DNA of 64,000 nucleotides from a virus. Below the pieces are notes generated by a model. It saw nothing but the letters and a program-made list of their open reading frames with translations. It was not told the origin of the DNA and made no database searches. How positions within the stretch are numbered: position 1 is the first letter of the stretch; every line of letters starts with the position of its first letter. Position numbers and translations under genes: made by a program. The stretch lies in the IMG/VR virus record IMGVR_UViG_3300045988_066341, one strand, 5' to 3'. This document shows, piece by piece, positions 61,540 to 64,000 of this stretch.

Positions 61540-62346
61540 TTATCCTTCAGTTATTCTCCATGAAACATCATCTCCGGCCTCTACCCTCACGATTTGGGTA
61601 TCACCATCCTTATTAAGCGTCAACCTTTGCGGATCCACGTTGAAGGGTGGTTCCGGTTCCGGCTCACTACCATCACCGCAAGTGCAACATACCAGCTCGA
61701 TATCATACTCGGTATTTGACTTGATATCGATGACAACCTGACCGTTCTCACTAGTTACGTTATCAAAGTCATGATCAAGTATGATATAAGGTATATCATT
61801 AGGCTGTTGATTGATATTAACAACCTTACCGTTCAAGACAAACATCTCATGATGTTGTTCGTTATCCATATTCTTAGGCATAGCTATGACAAAGCTAGCC
61901 TCATACAAATCAGTGGCTCCGGGATCCTCAGGATCGGCATACACTATATATCTGCTATCCTCTTCCGGAACCTTCATGGATAAGCCATTCACGTTCATGG
62001 AGACTATATAAGACTTGCTCACCGAGCCACCAAGGGTAAGACAGGAGGCCTTGACCGAGGCGGAGTTAAGCTTGGCGTTGATGACCGCCGTCCCGCCCTC
62101 CATATCGAACATGATATTGGTCGGATCCACGCTTACCCGCTCCATGCCCTTCTGGGTTATGGTAGCGAGCTTCGTAACCTTGCCTTTCTCGACCGCTACG
62201 TAAGTCTCCCTAGGCAACCTACCCATCCATCCCGGCTCTACCTTAATAGCCACCTTGTCGGGGCCGGTACCGGAAATCTTGTCGTAGGACACCCATGAGG
62301 AGCCTTGCTCGATCTTGGCAAGAATATCTTTTAAATTACTAGCCAT
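61540..62346 (-). CDS. BACON/Ig-like domain protein, 268 aa
   Basis: YDKISGTGPDKVAIKVEP..R.TYVAV..ATITQKG and C-terminal LTLNKDGDTQIVRVEAGDDVSWRI. Confidence 0.6.
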   Translation of the reverse strand: MASNLKDILAKIEQGSSWVSYDKISGTGPDKVAIKVEPGWMGRLPRETYVAVEKGKVTKLATITQKGMERVSVDPTNIMFDMEGGTAVINAKLNSASVKASCLTLGGSVSKSYIVSMNVNGLSMKVPEEDSRYIVYADPEDPGATDLYEASFVIAMPKNMDNEQHHEMFVLNGKVVNINQQPNDIPYIILDHDFDNVTSENGQVVIDIKSNTEYDIELVCCTCGDGSEPEPEPPFNVDPQRLTLNKDGDTQIVRVEAGDDVSWRITEG

Positions 62347-62347
62347 A

Positions 62348-62662
62348 TCAATCCGCTTGCGTTATAGTCCATTTATCACTCTTGCCGACAATAATCTCAA
62401 GGATCTTCTCTCCACCCTCAGGAGGATACTCGAAGTTAGTAGGCTTAATCTCAAATACGCTGGCGCCTCCACAACCAAGATCACAGATCATATCCGGCAA
62501 CCATCCCTCCTCAAAAAACCGTTCTATAAGCTCCCTGACAGCCTCTGAAAAAGAATCAAGCTCTAACCTGTCTACGGGAAGAGATCCCTTCTTGAGGGTC
62601 TCACCACATACCCAGCCGTCACACTCGGAAGCCAAGACCGTATCGTACACTCTTTTAGCCAT
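62348..62662 (-). CDS. small BACON/Ig-like domain protein, 104 aa
   Basis: FEYPPEGGEKILEIIVGKSDKWTITQ. Confidence 0.5.
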   Translation of the reverse strand: MAKRVYDTVLASECDGWVCGETLKKGSLPVDRLELDSFSEAVRELIERFFEEGWLPDMICDLGCGGASVFEIKPTNFEYPPEGGEKILEIIVGKSDKWTITQAD

Positions 62663-63071
62663 AACATGAGGTATTTAAAATATTGCTATTCAATGTAGTA
62701 TATACGATATTAACATCAGTGAACTCATCACCCATGCAATATTTCTTCTTAAACTTAACGGACCTGCCAGAAACGACATATCCGTCATTAGGGACGATAG
62801 TACCACAATAGGTAACACTGAGCACATTCAACGGCTCGTATCTTAATCTGACAGCTTGAACGCCCTTGAACGAGTCACGCTGGATGGACGCCGTGGCGCC
62901 AGATACGGCAACCAGCTTCCTTACCAGAGACTCGATTACGTTATTCATGCCATCACCGTTCCTGATATCTGCCTCAGGAAACGACTGGCCGTCATATATG
63001 ATCTGGGAGCTGTAGATACTACATTCGTTCCCCGGTCTATATTCCGGCTTACATGGATTACAATTTCTCAT
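62655..63071 (-). CDS. fibre-associated paralogue 3, 138 aa
   Basis: Shares C..Y...IIYDG....I..G..M..VIESLVRKL with the two upstream genes. Confidence 0.55.
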   Translation of the reverse strand: MRNCNPCKPEYRPGNECSIYSSQIIYDGQSFPEADIRNGDGMNNVIESLVRKLVAVSGATASIQRDSFKGVQAVRLRYEPLNVLSVTYCGTIVPNDGYVVSGRSVKFKKKYCMGDEFTDVNIVYTTLNSNILNTSCYG

Positions 63072-63075
63072 ATTA

Positions 63076-63309
63076 TCAAATTAATTTATTGATCATTCTT
63101 CTTAACTCGGATATCTCCGCATCCCTATCCCGTATAGCCTTTATCATAGCGTTAAGGACATCAGACATATCACAATTAGGGGACAATCCCAGCGACTCCA
63201 CACGTACCTTATCACCGGGGTAAATACAATCGGTACTCATGTACGTAGAGCACGGTACTTTCGTGTCGTCTACAGTAGGTCTGTATTGTTTTTTGTTGCA
63301 ACCGTTCAT
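63076..63309 (-). CDS. fibre-associated paralogue 2, 77 aa
   Basis: CSTYMSTDCIYPGDKV..MSDVLNAMIKAI plus coiled coil; ATG 63309 shares its A with the upstream TGA. Confidence 0.5.
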   Translation of the reverse strand: MNGCNKKQYRPTVDDTKVPCSTYMSTDCIYPGDKVRVESLGLSPNCDMSDVLNAMIKAIRDRDAEISELRRMINKLI

Positions 63310-63710
63310 CACCAAACCTCCTCTTCAGTTCCGCTATCCCCGCCGCTACCACCGGCGTTGACAAGCTCGTTTATAATCCTCTTCAAATCCAGAACCTCAC
63401 GATGGTATAAATCTATCTGCTTATCCCTAGACGCTATAATACGCCTCAATGAGTCTATAACGACAGAAATGTCAGTACCTTTCTCTATGCCATCCGCTAC
63501 CAACTCATCGCCTGAGTACAAGACGCATTTATCATACAAGGTTATAGGACATCCATAACCAACACAAGGTTCGTCCTGACAATCCCGATCGCAAGGATCA
63601 CAAGGATCATCATAACATTTGTTAAGAAACTTATCTATCTTAACGCCATGACAACACTCTTCGGGACGTTCCCGTGAATGATCATGACAACAACCACCTG
63701 AATTACACAT
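63309..63710 (-). CDS. fibre-associated paralogue 1 with a Cys/Asp-rich N-terminus, 133 aa
   Basis: CPITLYDKCVLYSGDEL..ISVVIDSLRRII plus coiled coil; ATG 23 nt after a -7 box. Confidence 0.55.
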   Translation of the reverse strand: MCNSGGCCHDHSRERPEECCHGVKIDKFLNKCYDDPCDPCDRDCQDEPCVGYGCPITLYDKCVLYSGDELVADGIEKGTDISVVIDSLRRIIASRDKQIDLYHREVLDLKRIINELVNAGGSGGDSGTEEEVW

Positions 63711-63732
63711 ATGAATAATATTAATGTTTTTA

Positions 63733-63740
63733 GCAAAGAT
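63733..63740 (-). promoter_or_regulatory. -7 box TATCTTTG, class A
   Basis: Followed by CTAAAAAC. Confidence 0.55.
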
Positions 63741-63853
63741 ACTTATTTGGTTTGATTATAAGACAACAAGACGTATGAAACAATAAGAGGTAGAGACCAT
63801 AAGCCCCTACCTCCAAACACTAATCTAACATTATGGAAAACACAAACGCATTC

Positions 63854-64000
63854 TTACCAATAACATTGATCCTCTTGATCAATATTCTCAATCCATTTCT
63901 CGCACTCAAGATTAAGATCAGCGTACTCCTGCCCCTCTACCATCAAAACCTCACGGGCTTTGGCGTTGGCATCCTCTACTGATATCCATGATCTAAACCT
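63854..64000 (-). CDS. 3' end of a CDS running in from beyond the window; carries one copy of the adhesin repeat signature
   Basis: Hand translation ..SWISVEDANAKAREVLMVEGQEYADLNLEC..QCYW* (TAA 63854-63856). Confidence 0.5.
   Translation of the reverse strand, partial: RFRSWISVEDANAKAREVLMVEGQEYADLNLECEKWIENIDQEDQCYW

Noticed and set aside
63073-63078. Tandem back-up stops after TGA (TGA-TAA at 7686-7691 and 63073-63078; TGA-TGA at 63306-63311) as evidence for leaky TGA
   Set aside because: This is three cases among about 17 TGA-terminated genes, only mildly above the roughly one expected by chance. One of them is a by-product of a start/stop overlap.
1-64000. tRNA genes, rRNA, CRISPR arrays, integrase/attachment sites
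   Set aside because: I scanned the intergenic regions by eye. I found no cloverleaf-compatible 70-90-nt segment, no regular repeat-spacer array, and no Ser or Tyr recombinase motifs in any ORF. A tRNAscan or covariance-model run would be needed to exclude tRNAs formally.

Overview
This window is one contiguous piece of a tailed dsDNA phage genome. The host is almost certainly a member of the Bacteroidota. About 20 gene starts are preceded by the Bacteroides-type -7 promoter box TAnnTTTG, Shine-Dalgarno sequences are almost absent, and several proteins carry BACON/Ig-like N-terminal modules.

Layout:
- 1-7.7 kb, + strand: a block of about 20 small early or auxiliary genes. Recognisable products are a DnaQ-like exonuclease, a beta-class DPPY DNA methyltransferase and two HAD phosphatases, one of them frameshifted.
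- About 7.7-7.95 kb: a convergent terminator region.
- 7.95-64 kb, - strand: a virion/late block. Eight ORFs of 745-2414 aa total about 11,000 codons, roughly half the window. They include a polyvalent protein with a SAM-methyltransferase domain, a protein with a tail-lysozyme domain, a 2172-aa Cys/Trp/Tyr-rich protein and a 1487-aa protein built from about 15 tandem 67-71-aa repeats.
- Interleaved among these are two tail-fibre paralogues, several BACON-like proteins, KilA-N and Ant/KilAC DNA-binding genes, a DUF2829 (Tad2-like) gene and a solo TnpB insertion element.

Most interesting signals:
1. Two promoterless, inverted alternative C-terminal cassettes for the 1487-aa repeat protein. They share a 40-111-bp inverted repeat and a palindromic terminator. 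The geometry resembles a shufflon or the Mu G segment, but no invertase is visible in the window.
2. Two in-frame TGA codons in late genes. One replaces the invariant Trp of a GDGTW fibre motif.
3. Three exactly 9-nt G/C homopolymers at a fixed offset after stop codons, each upstream of a fibre or BACON-like gene.
4. Two promoter classes. One is followed by a conserved structured leader whose hairpin loop is UCCAUCAC.
5. A convergent promoter/terminator pair that predicts a small antisense RNA.

All calls come from reading the sequence and recognising motifs by eye. No database search was run. I did not recognise a capsid, portal or terminase gene, a tRNA, or a CRISPR array.
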